In this document: positions 44,823-56,705 of the stretch, in pieces
Layout: each line of letters starts with the position of its first letter
How positions within the stretch are numbered: position 1 is the stretch's first letter
NCBI GenBank assembly: GCA_965215365.1
Contig: CBDCDS010000003.1
Location: 704,001 to 768,000, forward strand
Direction: 5' to 3'
Source: Gammaproteobacteria bacterium
Lineage (GTDB): Bacteria > Pseudomonadota > Gammaproteobacteria > Eutrophobiales > Eutrophobiaceae
Length of the DNA stretch: 64,000 bases
Notes under the pieces: generated by a model
Told to the model about the DNA's origin: nothing
Databases searched by the model: none
What the model saw: only the letters and a program-made list of their open reading frames with translations
Made by a program: the position numbers and the translations under genes

Positions 44823-47800
44823 TTATCGCGAGTGTCTCGTTCGGGAGGTCACCTGAGCCAACAACTCAGCCCGAACATTTTCCAATATCCCTTCATACCC
44901 GAAGTAGTCAAATACCATTTTATCAATTGTCAAATGCTCTTCAGTTCGAATTTCTCGAGCCAAGGGTAACGGGCAGCGGTGCTTCAGCTTTGAAAATACG
45001 GCTTTAGCTTGTTCAGCAAAGTCAAATTCAAAGTCAATCGGGAGCATATTCATATCTGTTGCTTCGGCCTTGAGTAAACCGCCCCCAAGATTTTTCCTCC
45101 CCGTGAGCTCCCGAAATAGCCACACAAAAGAGGAGTTCAGATAGGCCCAAAGACAGTAGTGCAAACCAGACCCCCACAAATCATCCGCAAGATACAATTC
45201 AACACCACTATACGAAAATGCTTTGCAAACATTGAAGGTACAATAATATCGGTCGCCAATGCCTCGGGGCATAATAAGTGCAGGCACTTTTCCTCTGCGG
45301 TTTGCAGTAATGTGCTCACTCCGAATTTTCCCGTTTGCTGCGACAGCAACAAACCGGACATCCTTAAAAATAACGGGTTCTCTGCTATTCGGTTGATTCA
45401 GTTCTTGTGGTGGAAAGTTCAGCCCTTGTCCAAATGTGATATTTATTCCACTGTCTGCTCTTTTTGCTATTTCAGAGAGCATGTCTATGAAAAACTGAGG
45501 CATGTACGCCGCATGTCCCCACTTCATCGCCTGCCGTGCTGTAATGGTTCTGGTCGATTCGGTTTCCATGCGGTCATTAACAACTTCGTACGCTATATTA
45601 TCCCGCAAACTCTTGTCGAAGATAGCGATAACCGCATTGATTTGGGGGCCACTGCTGTCGGAAAAGAATTTTGCTGATGTATCAACGATTCTCTGGAATG
45701 AAAATTTGCCTAAAGAGAAATCCTGAAAATTTTTTCCATAATTAGTGCTTAACCAAGCGTTCTGCGTTATGAGGCAACCGTTTCCTGACTCTGATAGTAA
45801 TTTTGACGCACGAGCGAGAAAATATATCAACAGGTCACTGCCAAGAGGTAAGGTTTCATTCCAGTCCAACTTCACTTGCCTACGGTATGCATCCTTAATT
45901 TCACCAGTCAGCAAATTGTTTCTGGACTCAACGTAAGGCGGGTTTCCAATAACCACATCAAACCCGTCAGCGATACCGAACATATATCCAGCGTCAAACC
46001 ACTCTGCCGACGCGTTCTGATCGTATGGGTCCCACTCGGCGATTTTTCTGGCATCATCTTCCGAGAGACCGGCTGAATGTAACGCTTCTGACAGTTCTTT
46101 GCGCAGTTTTTTGTCCTCGCGCCAGCAATCCAGTTTTTTCTGTCGAGTAGTTGCGTGGAAATGTTTTTCTCGGTTGCCGGATAGTTTTGTTTTCAGTATC
46201 TCGATCTGATTAAAAATCCAATCATCCTGTCGTGGCTTTTCCTTGGTGGCAATCAGCGTATTCGCTGCCACAAAGCGCGTCTCCAGGTTGGGTAGTGGCT
46301 TGATACCGAAGTTGTCAACATTCGCATCAGGCTCCTGCTCAATGGCCAGCGAAATGAAAAAACGCAACTTTGCGATCTGGCAAGCGACCGGTTGAATATC
46401 CACGCCGAAGATGCTGTTCTGGATCAGGTAGAGTTTGCGACCGAAGTTACCTGAGTAACGCTCAAAGGTTTCGCTGATTTCCAACAATTCCGCATCGCGT
46501 TCCTGTTGGTCCCGGTTCTCAAAGGCCATATCTGCTTTGGTTTTGGCTCGCTCCTTTTGTAATTTCTCCCAGAGCTGGTTCTTGGGGTCAAGCCGCTGTA
46601 ACGCCAGAGTCAGTTTGTGTAGCACGCCCATTGGGAATGCGCCGGAACCTACTGCCGGGTCCAAAATTTTAATGGCTGCTATTGCCTGAACAATGCCTTT
46701 TTTCTCGCTTTCTTCAAACAGCTCATCGGCATCATTGAAGGCATCGGCGTAATCCAGCAGGTAGTGTAAACGTTCTCGCCAGAACTCCATGTCATCATCA
46801 TTTGGATGTGCCCTTTCAGCCAATGTCGCCACCAACGCTTCATTAACCATATAGTCCACTACTTCGCGAGGCGTGTAGTACGAACCAGTCTGTTTGCGTA
46901 CCGTATCCTTGGTCTCCGGGTTATAAGCCGCCAGTAGATTTTCAAATACTTTACCGAGCAATTCCGGGTCCAGCGCTACTTCCTGTTCAACAGGAGTATT
47001 CTCCTCCACCGTAAACCTGTATCGATTGAGCAGGGGAAACAGGCCGTCATTGTCAAAAAACAGCCGGTCAGGGATACTCAATTTTTTATAATGCACATCA
47101 GAAAAGCAGTCAATGCGCCAGCCGCCATGAGTGGTAGACTCTTCACTGTCAAGACAATCGAATAAACCGCCGTTGATAAACGGGGTTTTACCGAATAAGG
47201 TCAGCAACGCGTCCGGGTCACCCATCTCGTGTTTGTAGCGATACAGCGAAAAGTTACGGTGCGTGGTGTTTTGCGCCTTGCTGAACCCCCGTTTATCAAT
47301 TTCCGTGTTCAACGTGGCGAAAAACAGATTTTGCAACACTGAGCGATAGTAGGAATCACCCGTCTCCTGACAGTAATTCTTGAGCAGCCCGACAATTTTT
47401 GCTTCGATAAACAGCTCACTGGCAATCAACCCCTTCTCCTTGATGAACCAGATAAACAACAAACGGGTAATGAGACGAATAACGTGTTCTTCAGCAGACA
47501 AAGTGCGTGCTTCATCGCTGGGAAAGCGCGCTTCTGCAACTGCGCGGTTAAACCAGTCAAACAATTCCCTATAGAACCTTCGATTCAGTTGTTCGGTATC
47601 GAGTTTGTCCAACCAGGCGGCCAACAGGCTGTCGAAATTCGGTGTCTTGTTGTGAGTGTTTATCGAGTCAATGCACTTGGCAAGCGATAATTCGCTCAGA
47701 ATATCCAAGTGGGCGCGGTGGGGGGCAGCCGGATGAATTTCCCGTATCAGCGATACCTGGCCGAGCACATCGCGACTGGGGTCACGATTGTGCTTGCGGC

Positions 47801-48347
47801 GGTGAACAAAAGCGAAGGTGAGCAGGTTGTCGGCGGTTTTGAACAGTACCACAGAGGGCTGGTTCAAGCGCTTGTTGATCTCCCTGGTAAACGTGGCATA
47901 GTCGCCGCGAGCATAGCTGGGCTCTGTCAGTTCCACAGCGAAAAATATAAAGCTCTGCTGCCGCTCCTCGTCAAACGGGTTGGCATGAGCAAATTCCAGC
48001 ATTGACTGATCACTCCCTGCAATCTCCTCGCTGGTAACTTGAAAGATAATCCGCACGGAATTGACCTGCTTACGAAATATCAACTCCGTGTTGGTATTAT
48101 CGGTTGCAGCAGGAAACGCCTGAAAAAAATCATCAACGCCTCCTGAAAGCTCCAGGGTGCGCTCGCTACGGTAGCCGAGTACGGCCAACAGGTCTGTGGC
48201 CGTTGCCGTGAAATCTGCCTTGGAAGCCGATGACAACGCAGCGCTGAGCTGATTCCGGATGTTGTCAGTATTCACATTTTTTCTGAGACTGACTTGAACT
48301 CTGATGGGAAATTGGTCTGCGTATAGGGACGAAATGGGAACAGGCAA
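44823..48347 (-). CDS. Large N6-adenine DNA methyltransferase, Eco57I/type IIG-like
   Basis: PFINGGLF, LGKVFENLL, TGSYYTP, LDPAVGSGAF (motif I), GNPPY (motif IV), C-terminal TRD; start may be GTG 48275. Confidence 0.9.
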   Translation of the reverse strand: MPVPISSLYADQFPIRVQVSLRKNVNTDNIRNQLSAALSSASKADFTATATDLLAVLGYRSERTLELSGGVDDFFQAFPAATDNTNTELIFRKQVNSVRIIFQVTSEEIAGSDQSMLEFAHANPFDEERQQSFIFFAVELTEPSYARGDYATFTREINKRLNQPSVVLFKTADNLLTFAFVHRRKHNRDPSRDVLGQVSLIREIHPAAPHRAHLDILSELSLAKCIDSINTHNKTPNFDSLLAAWLDKLDTEQLNRRFYRELFDWFNRAVAEARFPSDEARTLSAEEHVIRLITRLLFIWFIKEKGLIASELFIEAKIVGLLKNYCQETGDSYYRSVLQNLFFATLNTEIDKRGFSKAQNTTHRNFSLYRYKHEMGDPDALLTLFGKTPFINGGLFDCLDSEESTTHGGWRIDCFSDVHYKKLSIPDRLFFDNDGLFPLLNRYRFTVEENTPVEQEVALDPELLGKVFENLLAAYNPETKDTVRKQTGSYYTPREVVDYMVNEALVATLAERAHPNDDDMEFWRERLHYLLDYADAFNDADELFEESEKKGIVQAIAAIKILDPAVGSGAFPMGVLHKLTLALQRLDPKNQLWEKLQKERAKTKADMAFENRDQQERDAELLEISETFERYSGNFGRKLYLIQNSIFGVDIQPVACQIAKLRFFISLAIEQEPDANVDNFGIKPLPNLETRFVAANTLIATKEKPRQDDWIFNQIEILKTKLSGNREKHFHATTRQKKLDCWREDKKLRKELSEALHSAGLSEDDARKIAEWDPYDQNASAEWFDAGYMFGIADGFDVVIGNPPYVESRNNLLTGEIKDAYRRQVKLDWNETLPLGSDLLIYFLARASKLLSESGNGCLITQNAWLSTNYGKNFQDFSLGKFSFQRIVDTSAKFFSDSSGPQINAVIAIFDKSLRDNIAYEVVNDRMETESTRTITARQAMKWGHAAYMPQFFIDMLSEIAKRADSGINITFGQGLNFPPQELNQPNSREPVIFKDVRFVAVAANGKIRSEHITANRRGKVPALIMPRGIGDRYYCTFNVCKAFSYSGVELYLADDLWGSGLHYCLWAYLNSSFVWLFRELTGRKNLGGGLLKAEATDMNMLPIDFEFDFAEQAKAVFSKLKHRCPLPLAREIRTEEHLTIDKMVFDYFGYEGILENVRAELLAQVTSRTRHSR

Positions 48348-48397
48348 TCATCTTTGAGTGCATGTATATTGTCAGACACAGCATTTTGAAATCAGGG

Positions 48398-48733
48398 TCA
48401 AGATGCCCGTAGCAGAGCCGAAGCCGGGCGAATACCTGCAGTCAGTCGTTGTTTTTCCTGAGTCAGCTTGCGAAAATCGCATTCGACTTGAAGACCATGC
48501 CAGAATTCATCGGACTGATTAAAAAACGTACCAAAGCGGATCGACATAGCCGGTGTAATCGATCTCCGGGCATGAGCAATTTCATAAATTGTCTTTGGCG
48601 TGACACCGATGGCACGGGCCATGGCAGTCTGTGAAATGCCCATGGGTTTAAGGTACTCTTCAATGAGAATTTCGCCGGGAGTAATAGAGTCATCCATAAT
48701 CGACATTTTGTAATGTTCGCCAGAAGCTGTCAA
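48398..48733 (-). CDS. higA: HigA-family HTH antitoxin (orphan)
   Basis: [42 protein letters not shown]. Confidence 0.85.
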   Translation of the reverse strand: MTASGEHYKMSIMDDSITPGEILIEEYLKPMGISQTAMARAIGVTPKTIYEIAHARRSITPAMSIRFGTFFNQSDEFWHGLQVECDFRKLTQEKQRLTAGIRPASALLRAS

Positions 48734-51700
48734 TCATCGAAAATTATCAACCAGGTCACTAACTCGAAATTCCTGTCGGAGCTTTTTGATTTAGCCGGTA
48801 TCCTTATATTACGGTTTGCCCCCATCCCCAAGCCTGCTATTTGGGTTTGAGTGTTTGCGTGGTTGATATGCCGCAAAGCTTCACTCAGCAGCTTATCATA
48901 ATGGGCCATATCCCTTCCGTGCCGGGTTTCGCGGTCAAATCGGTCACAGAGCTCCTGTAATGGATCGGGCTTGCCGACGGCCACCGCTTCAAACAATTCC
49001 AGTATCTGGCGGGCGTTAGCGCAGCTATAGCGAACATCGCCATTTGCACGAATGTAAACGGTATAGTACGGATAAATAGGGCTGGCGACCTTTTCTCTCC
49101 TGTCATTGCCTGCCTCTTTCTGGCGGAGCACAAAGATTACGCCGGATTGTGCATTCTCTCCTTCAACATTGCTCACGGCATAAGCTCCTTTGGGCGTTGC
49201 CTCCAATAAATCCTTGTTTTTTTCCAGGTAGCGTAGCAACTGGGTAAAAAAGTAATCCAAGGTAAAGTCACTCATGACGATGCCATCAGATAGTTCGTCC
49301 AAATCCAGTACTTCCTCAGACATTTTTTTCAGTTGCTCGTCCCGGAAGTTAAGTTCAGTCTGGAGCCCCTCTGCCAGCTCTCCATCCAACAGGTCTTCAT
49401 CAGCGCTGGCCGTTGCATCCACAAGAGCCATACGCGCTTCTACACGGCCTTTTAATCGCAAATAGGCATCCATGTCTTTGGTCGGCCAGTAGTTGATCAT
49501 TCCCACTGATTTGTTACGGCTGCCGATACGATCTATACGCCCGAAACGCTGGATGATGCGAACCGGATTCCAATGGATGTCATAGTTAATGGTTGTGTCG
49601 CAGTCTTGCAGGTTTTGTCCTTCCGAGATGCAATCAGTGGCAATCAACAGGTCAATCTCGCCATCGATATTGTCGTTGCGTTGGCGCGCCTGCGGCGCAA
49701 AATTTGTGAGTATGGCGTTGAAATCATTTGCGCCGAATGTCGTGTAAGTCTGATCACCGGAAACCATGGCCATGTTCAGCCCCAACTCCTTGGCTAAATC
49801 CGTCAGTTTCTCGTACAGATAGACCGCGGTATCCTTGAAAGTCGTGAATACCAGCAATTTGCGATTAGTATGTCCGTCCTTGTCTGTTACCGGATGCTGC
49901 GCTTTGTATCGAACCTGTTCTTTAAGCTTGATCAGTTTCCCGTCTCGTTCAGGTGTGACCATCTGCACTTGGCTCCGTGCTTGACTTAACAGGTCGCGAT
50001 CCTCTAACAAGTCTTTCTTCCAACGCGGCAGATCCAATTCACGCAAATGGTAAGGAGTGCGCGCTTTGTTGATGAGAAACTCTTCATCGTCGTCGTCATC
50101 ATCCGGTTCGATGTCCGTCCGCTCATCCAAGCTCTGGTTTTGCTCATAGCGGGCTATTTTTTCCAGCAGTTCATCAATTTTACCGATGGTGCGCGCCAGC
50201 GTTACCGTCAGCGAATGTGCCGAACTCTCCAGGCGTTTGAGGAAGTTGACCCGTATCATACCGATGAGGAAATGCTCGCGGTCGCGTTGATTAAACCGTC
50301 TTTCCCGTTTTTCCTCCTCCAATCGTCTCTCGGCTTCAGCGCTGCTCACATAGCTGGAAGGGCGGTAAATGGACAACGCGAATTGTTCGATTTGTTCGGC
50401 CAGCTTCCGATATGACAGCTGATCCTCTGCATCAGTTGACGGATAGTGATTTTCCGGCTTGCGCCGTGTAGGGAATTTACCGATTTTATCCATTTCATCT
50501 GCATAGAATTTTTCAATCTGGCGGCGCGACCTTGCAATGGATACGCCGGTTAGCAGCTTGAAAAAATCGGCTCCCAATGCCTCCAGCAACGTTGTCTTCT
50601 CTTTTTTTCCATCTTGTCTGGCCTTAGTCTCCCATAACTTGAACTGCTTTTGCGCTTGGCTGAGCAGGTTGCCAATATGGCCTATGCCCAGACTTTCTCT
50701 GAAAATGTCCTCACGTTTTTCTGTCATCAGATAAATCTGGTTGCGCAGGTCAATCAGCGAGGTATTCACTGGTGTCGCCGACAGCATTAATACCTTGGTT
50801 CTGGCGCCCTGCTTGATGACTTCCTCCAATAGTCTTGAGTAGCGGCTATGGCGGATAATGCTGCCATCATCTTCACGCAGAGGTTTGGCCTCATTACGAA
50901 AATTATGCGACTCATCGATAACGAGCAGGTCGAAATTGTGCCAGTTGAAGTTGCTGAGGTCGATGTCGCCTACCTTGCCCCGGTCCCGGGATAAGTCCGT
51001 ATGCGACAGTAAATTGTAGCCGAAGCGATCCTCAAGGAAAGGGTTATTACTGTTATTGTTGATGACCGGATACAGCGACCAGTTTTCTCGCAGTTTCTTA
51101 GGACACAACACCAACACTCGCTCATTGCGTAATTCAAAGTATTTGATCACTGCCAACGCTGTGTATGTTTTGCCCAGACCAACGCTGTCTGCCAGAATGC
51201 AGCCTCCATGTCGCCGCAGCCTTGAAATAACGCTTTTCACTCCGTCTTTTTGAAAGGCGTATAACACTTGCCAGATCCGGGTATCGTACAAGTGCACTTC
51301 TTCCAGTTGGCTATCGCCATCTCGTTTTGCTTCGATGTCCTCCCGAAATATCTCATAGAGGGTCTTGAAGTAGATAAGCTCTGGCGCATAGTCCCTTCCC
51401 AATCGATTCAACGCTTCCAGCACTTTCTGTTTCACGTCCTCAGTTAAGGTCTTGCTTTCCCAGATCTTGTCAAACCAGTCTTGCAGTTCGGCACAAGCCG
51501 CTTCATTTTCCGTAACCAGATTGAGCTCGAGATTAGCGTTTTCGCTACCCCCAAGCCCACGCTGGGTGAAGTTGGAACTGCCTACCACCGCTGAAGTAGC
51601 ACTGTCGGTTGTGTCAATGTTCTCATCGACAGCGCTGAGATACATCTTTCCATGCAGAAAGTTGGAGCGGCTGACAGACCTGATTTCCACGCCGTGGCCG

Positions 51701-52014
51701 GACACCCAGTCTTGACATTGACGCGCCAAAGCTTTCTGCTGTAATTGGTGGTTTGGTGCCAAACCGTCTTCATTAAGGATGAAACATTTTTGTTCCTTCT
51801 CGCCCGGGTCCACCTCGCCGACAGAGGCAGGGTCGCCGAATAAAAATCGTATTTTCCCAATACGTTTTAACTCATCCTGAAGCAGCTGGTAGCCGTAAAT
51901 ACTGAAGTATGCGGAGACAATGCGTAGTTGGCCGGCATGAGTCAGCCGTTGTTTCAGATAATCAACGACACGACGGCCGTCTTGGTTGTCCAGTATGTGG
52001 CTGTTTGATGTCAT
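48730..52014 (-). CDS. PLD-nuclease / SNF2-type helicase fusion
   Basis: SAYFS, LHGKMY and VGSSNFT (PLD); [33 protein letters not shown] (SF2). Confidence 0.9.
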   Translation of the reverse strand: MTSNSHILDNQDGRRVVDYLKQRLTHAGQLRIVSAYFSIYGYQLLQDELKRIGKIRFLFGDPASVGEVDPGEKEQKCFILNEDGLAPNHQLQQKALARQCQDWVSGHGVEIRSVSRSNFLHGKMYLSAVDENIDTTDSATSAVVGSSNFTQRGLGGSENANLELNLVTENEAACAELQDWFDKIWESKTLTEDVKQKVLEALNRLGRDYAPELIYFKTLYEIFREDIEAKRDGDSQLEEVHLYDTRIWQVLYAFQKDGVKSVISRLRRHGGCILADSVGLGKTYTALAVIKYFELRNERVLVLCPKKLRENWSLYPVINNNSNNPFLEDRFGYNLLSHTDLSRDRGKVGDIDLSNFNWHNFDLLVIDESHNFRNEAKPLREDDGSIIRHSRYSRLLEEVIKQGARTKVLMLSATPVNTSLIDLRNQIYLMTEKREDIFRESLGIGHIGNLLSQAQKQFKLWETKARQDGKKEKTTLLEALGADFFKLLTGVSIARSRRQIEKFYADEMDKIGKFPTRRKPENHYPSTDAEDQLSYRKLAEQIEQFALSIYRPSSYVSSAEAERRLEEEKRERRFNQRDREHFLIGMIRVNFLKRLESSAHSLTVTLARTIGKIDELLEKIARYEQNQSLDERTDIEPDDDDDDEEFLINKARTPYHLRELDLPRWKKDLLEDRDLLSQARSQVQMVTPERDGKLIKLKEQVRYKAQHPVTDKDGHTNRKLLVFTTFKDTAVYLYEKLTDLAKELGLNMAMVSGDQTYTTFGANDFNAILTNFAPQARQRNDNIDGEIDLLIATDCISEGQNLQDCDTTINYDIHWNPVRIIQRFGRIDRIGSRNKSVGMINYWPTKDMDAYLRLKGRVEARMALVDATASADEDLLDGELAEGLQTELNFRDEQLKKMSEEVLDLDELSDGIVMSDFTLDYFFTQLLRYLEKNKDLLEATPKGAYAVSNVEGENAQSGVIFVLRQKEAGNDRREKVASPIYPYYTVYIRANGDVRYSCANARQILELFEAVAVGKPDPLQELCDRFDRETRHGRDMAHYDKLLSEALRHINHANTQTQIAGLGMGANRNIRIPAKSKSSDRNFELVTWLIIFDD

Positions 52015-52181
52015 CAGGGATCCGGGATGAGAATCATTTTCTTCGTTCTTTCACTACTGACTTTCAATATTTTATTGAGTAATTCCGGGTCTATTGCCAA
52101 GTTGGTTGTCATTGCGTTACCACTCACACATTAAATTACACAGAAGCTACCGCTAGCAGATGTTGTGGTCAAGCACTGAAA

Positions 52182-52233
52182 GCACCCGCGTCGATTTAAT
52201 CTTCGGTTCCAACTCCCAACTGCGGGCCATCGC
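52182..52233 (+). repeat. Second displaced katG-derived fragment
   Basis: 51/52 nt identical to katG 40275-40326. Confidence 0.95.
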
Positions 52234-52249
52234 TGCTTATCCACCAGTA

Positions 52250-53180
52250 TTACCGTTCCGGATTGTATCTGGCTTGTTCTTCGAGCACCCTGTCAACTCC
52301 TGTCATCCAAGCCAGATCCTTACCAATAACCAGTTCAGTCATTGCTGCGTGATGAGTATTTTTCATTGGAACAGGTTTAGCTTGAAACCCATATTGTTTA
52401 GCCAGGTCCTTTACCTCATGTGCATTGTCATAGGTCATAATAAAATCGCTACGGATTGAGGCGCACAAGTCAAACAATGCCTCGTGGTCCAGATCATAGT
52501 GCGTGTACAGACGACTCCCCGCTTTTTTGCCGCCTGCGGTATAGGGAGGGTCAATAAAAAACGCGACGCCAGCGACATCCTTGTATTGGCAAATTACATT
52601 GAAGGCATCATCGTGCTTAAATTGGAGTTTGTTAGCAACATAATTGATATTCCTTAATCGCTTTGCCAAAGTACCAGGATACCATCTGGAAAGTATCCCC
52701 TTTCCACTTTCTCCATTTTTCAAAAGGCCTGAGCCCGCGGCAAGAATGCCACCGTGATATGTTCTGTTTTTTTATGATTGTCTGGAATGCCTTTTCCCTA
52801 TGACACTTGCTTTTTTTTTGGAGTTCCGCCGTAGCATTATTTTTTGTCATATCAAAAGCAAGTATTCTGTTTGCAAGCCATTCGGCATCGCCGTCGACTA
52901 TGGTTTTCCAGACTGCTGCGATTTCTTCGTCCAATTCAACCATAAGCGCTTCTTCTACCAAATCTTCAAACAGTGCGGTCAGCGAAACAATACCACCACC
53001 GGCAAACGGTTCAATTAACAGTTTTGGGTTAAAGTGTTGGCTGTGTAGCCATTGCCGCAATTTTGATATAAACCATGTTTTACCACCGGGATAGCGAAAC
53101 GGGCTACGCTGCGGAACCGAAGCCACATTAACAATTTTCAAAGATTCCAATTCATCACTGAAGAGCAATCTCTGCATCAT
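52250..53180 (-). pseudogene. Dam/D12-class adenine methyltransferase split by a frameshift
   Basis: SPFRYPGGK and EPFAGG in 52632-53180, DPPY in 52250-52723; the frames join at the T7 run 52767-52773. Confidence 0.85.
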
Positions 53181-53525
53181 ACTTCTCCGAAGGGGCTTGC
53201 TATAGTTTGATTGACAGGCGCGTTATCAAGTTTTTCGTCTACCTTCGTTTGTAGCAACTCCATGAATTTTGGGCTCGACCAATAGTCCGAGGCCGGCAAC
53301 GTGTAAACCACGATTATAATAGATATTGACCAGTTCGTGCCCATATTCGGCAATTCTCGTGTAGCTTACCTTGTGCCGGATTGAAGGAGCCATCTGAAAA
53401 TGTCCTCCGTGATATTTTTCCGAATGAAAGTCTGACTGTGCATGTGACTTAATTATGCCCCACCACAAGCAGCTTATGTGGTAAACTACCGGTTTTTCAG
53501 AACTTACTATCCAAGGAGATTTAAC

Positions 53526-54824
53526 GTGGCCGAAGCAGCTACCTCGCTACACCCCGCTGGGGACAAGATCACTATTGACAGCGGGAGGTTGCAAGTTCCC
53601 GATAACCCGGTGATACCGTTCATCGAAGGGGACGGTATCGGGCCCGATGTCTGGCGGGCATCAAAACAAGTGTTGGATGCCGCCGTGGCCAAGGCCTACA
53701 ACGGCACGCGTGAGATCTGCTGGCTGGAGGTGTATGCCGGGGAGAAGGCTAATGAACTGACCGGTTCCTGGCTGCCGGATGAAACCCTGGATCGCTGTCG
53801 GGAATATCTGGTTGCCATCAAAGGCCCGCTGACTACGCCCATTGGCGGCGGCATCCGTTCCCTGAACGTTGCGCTGCGCCAGATTCTCGACCTGTATGTG
53901 TGCCTGCGGCCGGTACGGTGGTTTCAGGGCGTGCCCTCGCCCACTAAAAACCCGCAGGATGTGGACATGGTGATCTTCCGGGAAAACACCGAGGACATTT
54001 ATGCCGGCATTGAGTTCGAGCAAGGCACGGAAGACAACCGAAAATTTCTGGCGCTGTTGCAGGAGGCCTTCCCCAATTACTACCGCAAAATCCGCTTCCC
54101 GGATACCACCGGCATCGGCATCAAGCCAATCTCGCAGGAAGGCACCGGGCGTCTGGTGCAGGCCGCCATCCGCTATGCCCTGGACAACAAACGCAACAGC
54201 GTGACCTTCGTGCATAAGGGCAATATTATGAAATACACCGAGGGCGCGTTCCGCAACTGGGGTTACGAACTGGCGGAAACCTCGTTCCCGCAGCAGACCT
54301 ACAGCTGGGATCAATGGGAACGCACCCGCGCCGCCAAGGGCTCTGAGGCGGCCAACAAGGAACAGGCCGAGGCGCTGGCCGGCGGCAAAATACTCATCAA
54401 GGACACCATTGCCGACATCACCCTGCAACAGGTGTTGACGCGCCCGCGGGAGTTTGACGTGATCGCCACCATGAACCTCAACGGTGATTACCTGTCGGAT
54501 GCGCTGGCGGCGCAGGTCGGCGGCATCGGCATTGCGCCGGGCGGCAATATCAACTACGACACCGGTCACGCGGTGTTCGAGGCGACGCACGGCACCGCGC
54601 CCAAGTACGCCAATCAGGACAAGGTCAACCCGGGTTCCCTGGTGCTGTCCGGCGAGATGATGCTGCGTTATCTCGGCTGGACGGAAGCGGCGGACCTGGT
54701 CATATCCGGCATGGACAATACGATTTCATCAAAAACCGTCACTTATGATTTCGCCCGCTTGATGGAGGGGGCCAATAAGGTCAGTTGCAGCGAGTTCGGC
54801 CAGGCCATGATTGCCAACATGTAA
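53526..54824 (+). CDS. icd: NADP-dependent isocitrate dehydrogenase
   Basis: [42 protein letters not shown]; RBS AGGAG before GTG 53526. Confidence 0.96.
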   Translation: MAEAATSLHPAGDKITIDSGRLQVPDNPVIPFIEGDGIGPDVWRASKQVLDAAVAKAYNGTREICWLEVYAGEKANELTGSWLPDETLDRCREYLVAIKGPLTTPIGGGIRSLNVALRQILDLYVCLRPVRWFQGVPSPTKNPQDVDMVIFRENTEDIYAGIEFEQGTEDNRKFLALLQEAFPNYYRKIRFPDTTGIGIKPISQEGTGRLVQAAIRYALDNKRNSVTFVHKGNIMKYTEGAFRNWGYELAETSFPQQTYSWDQWERTRAAKGSEAANKEQAEALAGGKILIKDTIADITLQQVLTRPREFDVIATMNLNGDYLSDALAAQVGGIGIAPGGNINYDTGHAVFEATHGTAPKYANQDKVNPGSLVLSGEMMLRYLGWTEAADLVISGMDNTISSKTVTYDFARLMEGANKVSCSEFGQAMIANM

Positions 54825-54849
54825 ACCGGCTTCAGGTTGACCAGCCCTA

Positions 54850-56610
54850 ATGTCCGAGCAACGCAAACAGACTATCGCCCGCATCTCGGAGTTCATCTAC
54901 GAAGGCTTCCTGAAATACAACGAGAACTTTGCGCGTGTTACGGAGCGCGCCCGGCGCCGTTTCGAGCAGCAGGACTGGGGCGGGCATCAGCAGGATATTA
55001 TCGAACGGGTTGAACTCTACGAAAAATCCGTGCGCCGCATCGTCGTTTCCCTGCGCAAGGACCTCGGCCCCAGGGTGCTCGACCGCCGGCTCTGGCACCG
55101 CGCCCGCCGCTATTACGGCGACCGTCTGGTTAACGTGCCCGATGCCGGGTTTATGAAAACATTCTTCAATTCCATTACCCGGCGTATTTTTGACACGGTG
55201 GGTATAGACCCGGAAATTGAGTTCGTGTCGTCCCCCCCGGACGAAGGTTTCAATCCGTTTGAAACCCTGACCCTGAGCCGCTACCCGTACTGGGGCGCAC
55301 TGGACAAAACCTTCAAAACCATTCTCGAGGACTTCGCCTTCAAGGTGTCTTACCGGGATATCGATACCGATACCAAAACCATCGCCCAGTTGATACAGCG
55401 CTATTTTCAGACCCACCTGAAACAGCACGGCGAGTTCCTCAGGTTTGAATTTATCAATTCGGCTTTTTTTCAGTCAGCCCGCGCCTACCTGATCGGGCGC
55501 ACCATCCAGCACGGCCATACCAACCCCATCGTCATCGCCCTGAAAAACACCCGGCGCGGCATTGAGGTGGATGCAACGCTGTTGTCCGAAGAAGAAGTCA
55601 GCATCGTATTCAGTTACACCCGCTCCTATTACTTCGCCAACCCGCATTCCGTCATCGGCGCGGTACATTTTCTGCATTCCATCCTGCCGGGCAAGCCTAT
55701 TGATGAGCTCTACACGGTGCTGGGCAGGCTGCGCCAGGGCAAGACCGAGCGCCACCGGGTTTTTTCACACCATCTGCAAAGTACGGATGACAAGTTCACT
55801 CATGCAGAAGGTGACAAAGGATTGGTGATGCTGGTGTTCAACCTGCCTTCCTACGACCTGGTGTTCAAGGTTATCCGCGACCAGTTCGGCTATCCCAAGA
55901 CCATCAGCCGCGCTGAGGTGCAGGACAAGTACCGCCTGGTATCCCGGCATGACCGCGCCGGCCGCTTGATCGATACCCAGGAATTTCGCAACCTGGAATT
56001 TCCGGTCAACCGCTTCGACCAGGCGTTGCTGGATGAATTGCTCAGTGAAGCGGCAGAGACAGTGCGTGTTGACGGCGCTCAAGTCATCATCGACCACGTC
56101 TATATCGAGCGCCGGGTGCGGCCGTTAAACCTGTACCTGAAGGAGGTCGAACGCACGCAGGCCAGGGAGGCCATCCTAGATTACGGGCAAACCATCAAGG
56201 ACCTGGCCAACACCAACATTTTTCCCGGCGACCTGCTGTTGAAAAACTTCGGTGTCACCCGCCACCGGCGCCTGGTGTTCTACGATTACGACGAGGTGGC
56301 GCTGGTCACGGAATGCGATTTCCGCGACATCCCGGACAGCGACGATGATGAAGACCTGCTGCGCTCAGATGTCTGGTTTCACGTCAACAAGAACGATATT
56401 TTTCCGGAAGAATTCATCAAGTTCCTGTCTATGGACGCAGAGTTGCGGGCGCTGTTCCTGGAGGTGCACGGCGACCTGCTCACAGCTGACTACTGGAACC
56501 GTGTGAAGCACAAACACCTGAAGGGTGATATTGAGCTGGTCATTCCCTATTTCCGCCACGAGCTACCGTTCACGGCGCCCACCCGGCGACGGGCAGCGGG
56601 TGCGAAGTAG
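54850..56610 (+). CDS. aceK: Isocitrate dehydrogenase kinase/phosphatase
   Basis: FSYTRSYY, GLVMLVF, FKVIRD, HDRAGR, NIFPGDLLLKNFGVTR, FYDYDE. Confidence 0.94.
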   Translation: MSEQRKQTIARISEFIYEGFLKYNENFARVTERARRRFEQQDWGGHQQDIIERVELYEKSVRRIVVSLRKDLGPRVLDRRLWHRARRYYGDRLVNVPDAGFMKTFFNSITRRIFDTVGIDPEIEFVSSPPDEGFNPFETLTLSRYPYWGALDKTFKTILEDFAFKVSYRDIDTDTKTIAQLIQRYFQTHLKQHGEFLRFEFINSAFFQSARAYLIGRTIQHGHTNPIVIALKNTRRGIEVDATLLSEEEVSIVFSYTRSYYFANPHSVIGAVHFLHSILPGKPIDELYTVLGRLRQGKTERHRVFSHHLQSTDDKFTHAEGDKGLVMLVFNLPSYDLVFKVIRDQFGYPKTISRAEVQDKYRLVSRHDRAGRLIDTQEFRNLEFPVNRFDQALLDELLSEAAETVRVDGAQVIIDHVYIERRVRPLNLYLKEVERTQAREAILDYGQTIKDLANTNIFPGDLLLKNFGVTRHRRLVFYDYDEVALVTECDFRDIPDSDDDEDLLRSDVWFHVNKNDIFPEEFIKFLSMDAELRALFLEVHGDLLTADYWNRVKHKHLKGDIELVIPYFRHELPFTAPTRRRAAGAK

Positions 56611-56705
56611 CGGGGAGCAGGCGCTACCCTTGCACGAGCGACGACCGGCGCAATCGTTCGTGCTGCGTTTTCGCTCCCATTGAGTAGGGGGCATGGGGTG
56701 CGGGA

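Noticed and set aside
43182-52014. Calling the operon DISARM or BREX
   Set aside because: Core genes drmA/drmB and pglZ/brxC are absent from the window
52160-52459. 99-aa ORF containing [17 protein letters not shown]
   Set aside because: Chimera of the 52-bp katG copy and antisense MTase sequence
53526-54824. icd as the island attachment site
   Set aside because: The island lies at the icd 5' side and I saw no duplicated icd 3' end; the duplications are katG-derived
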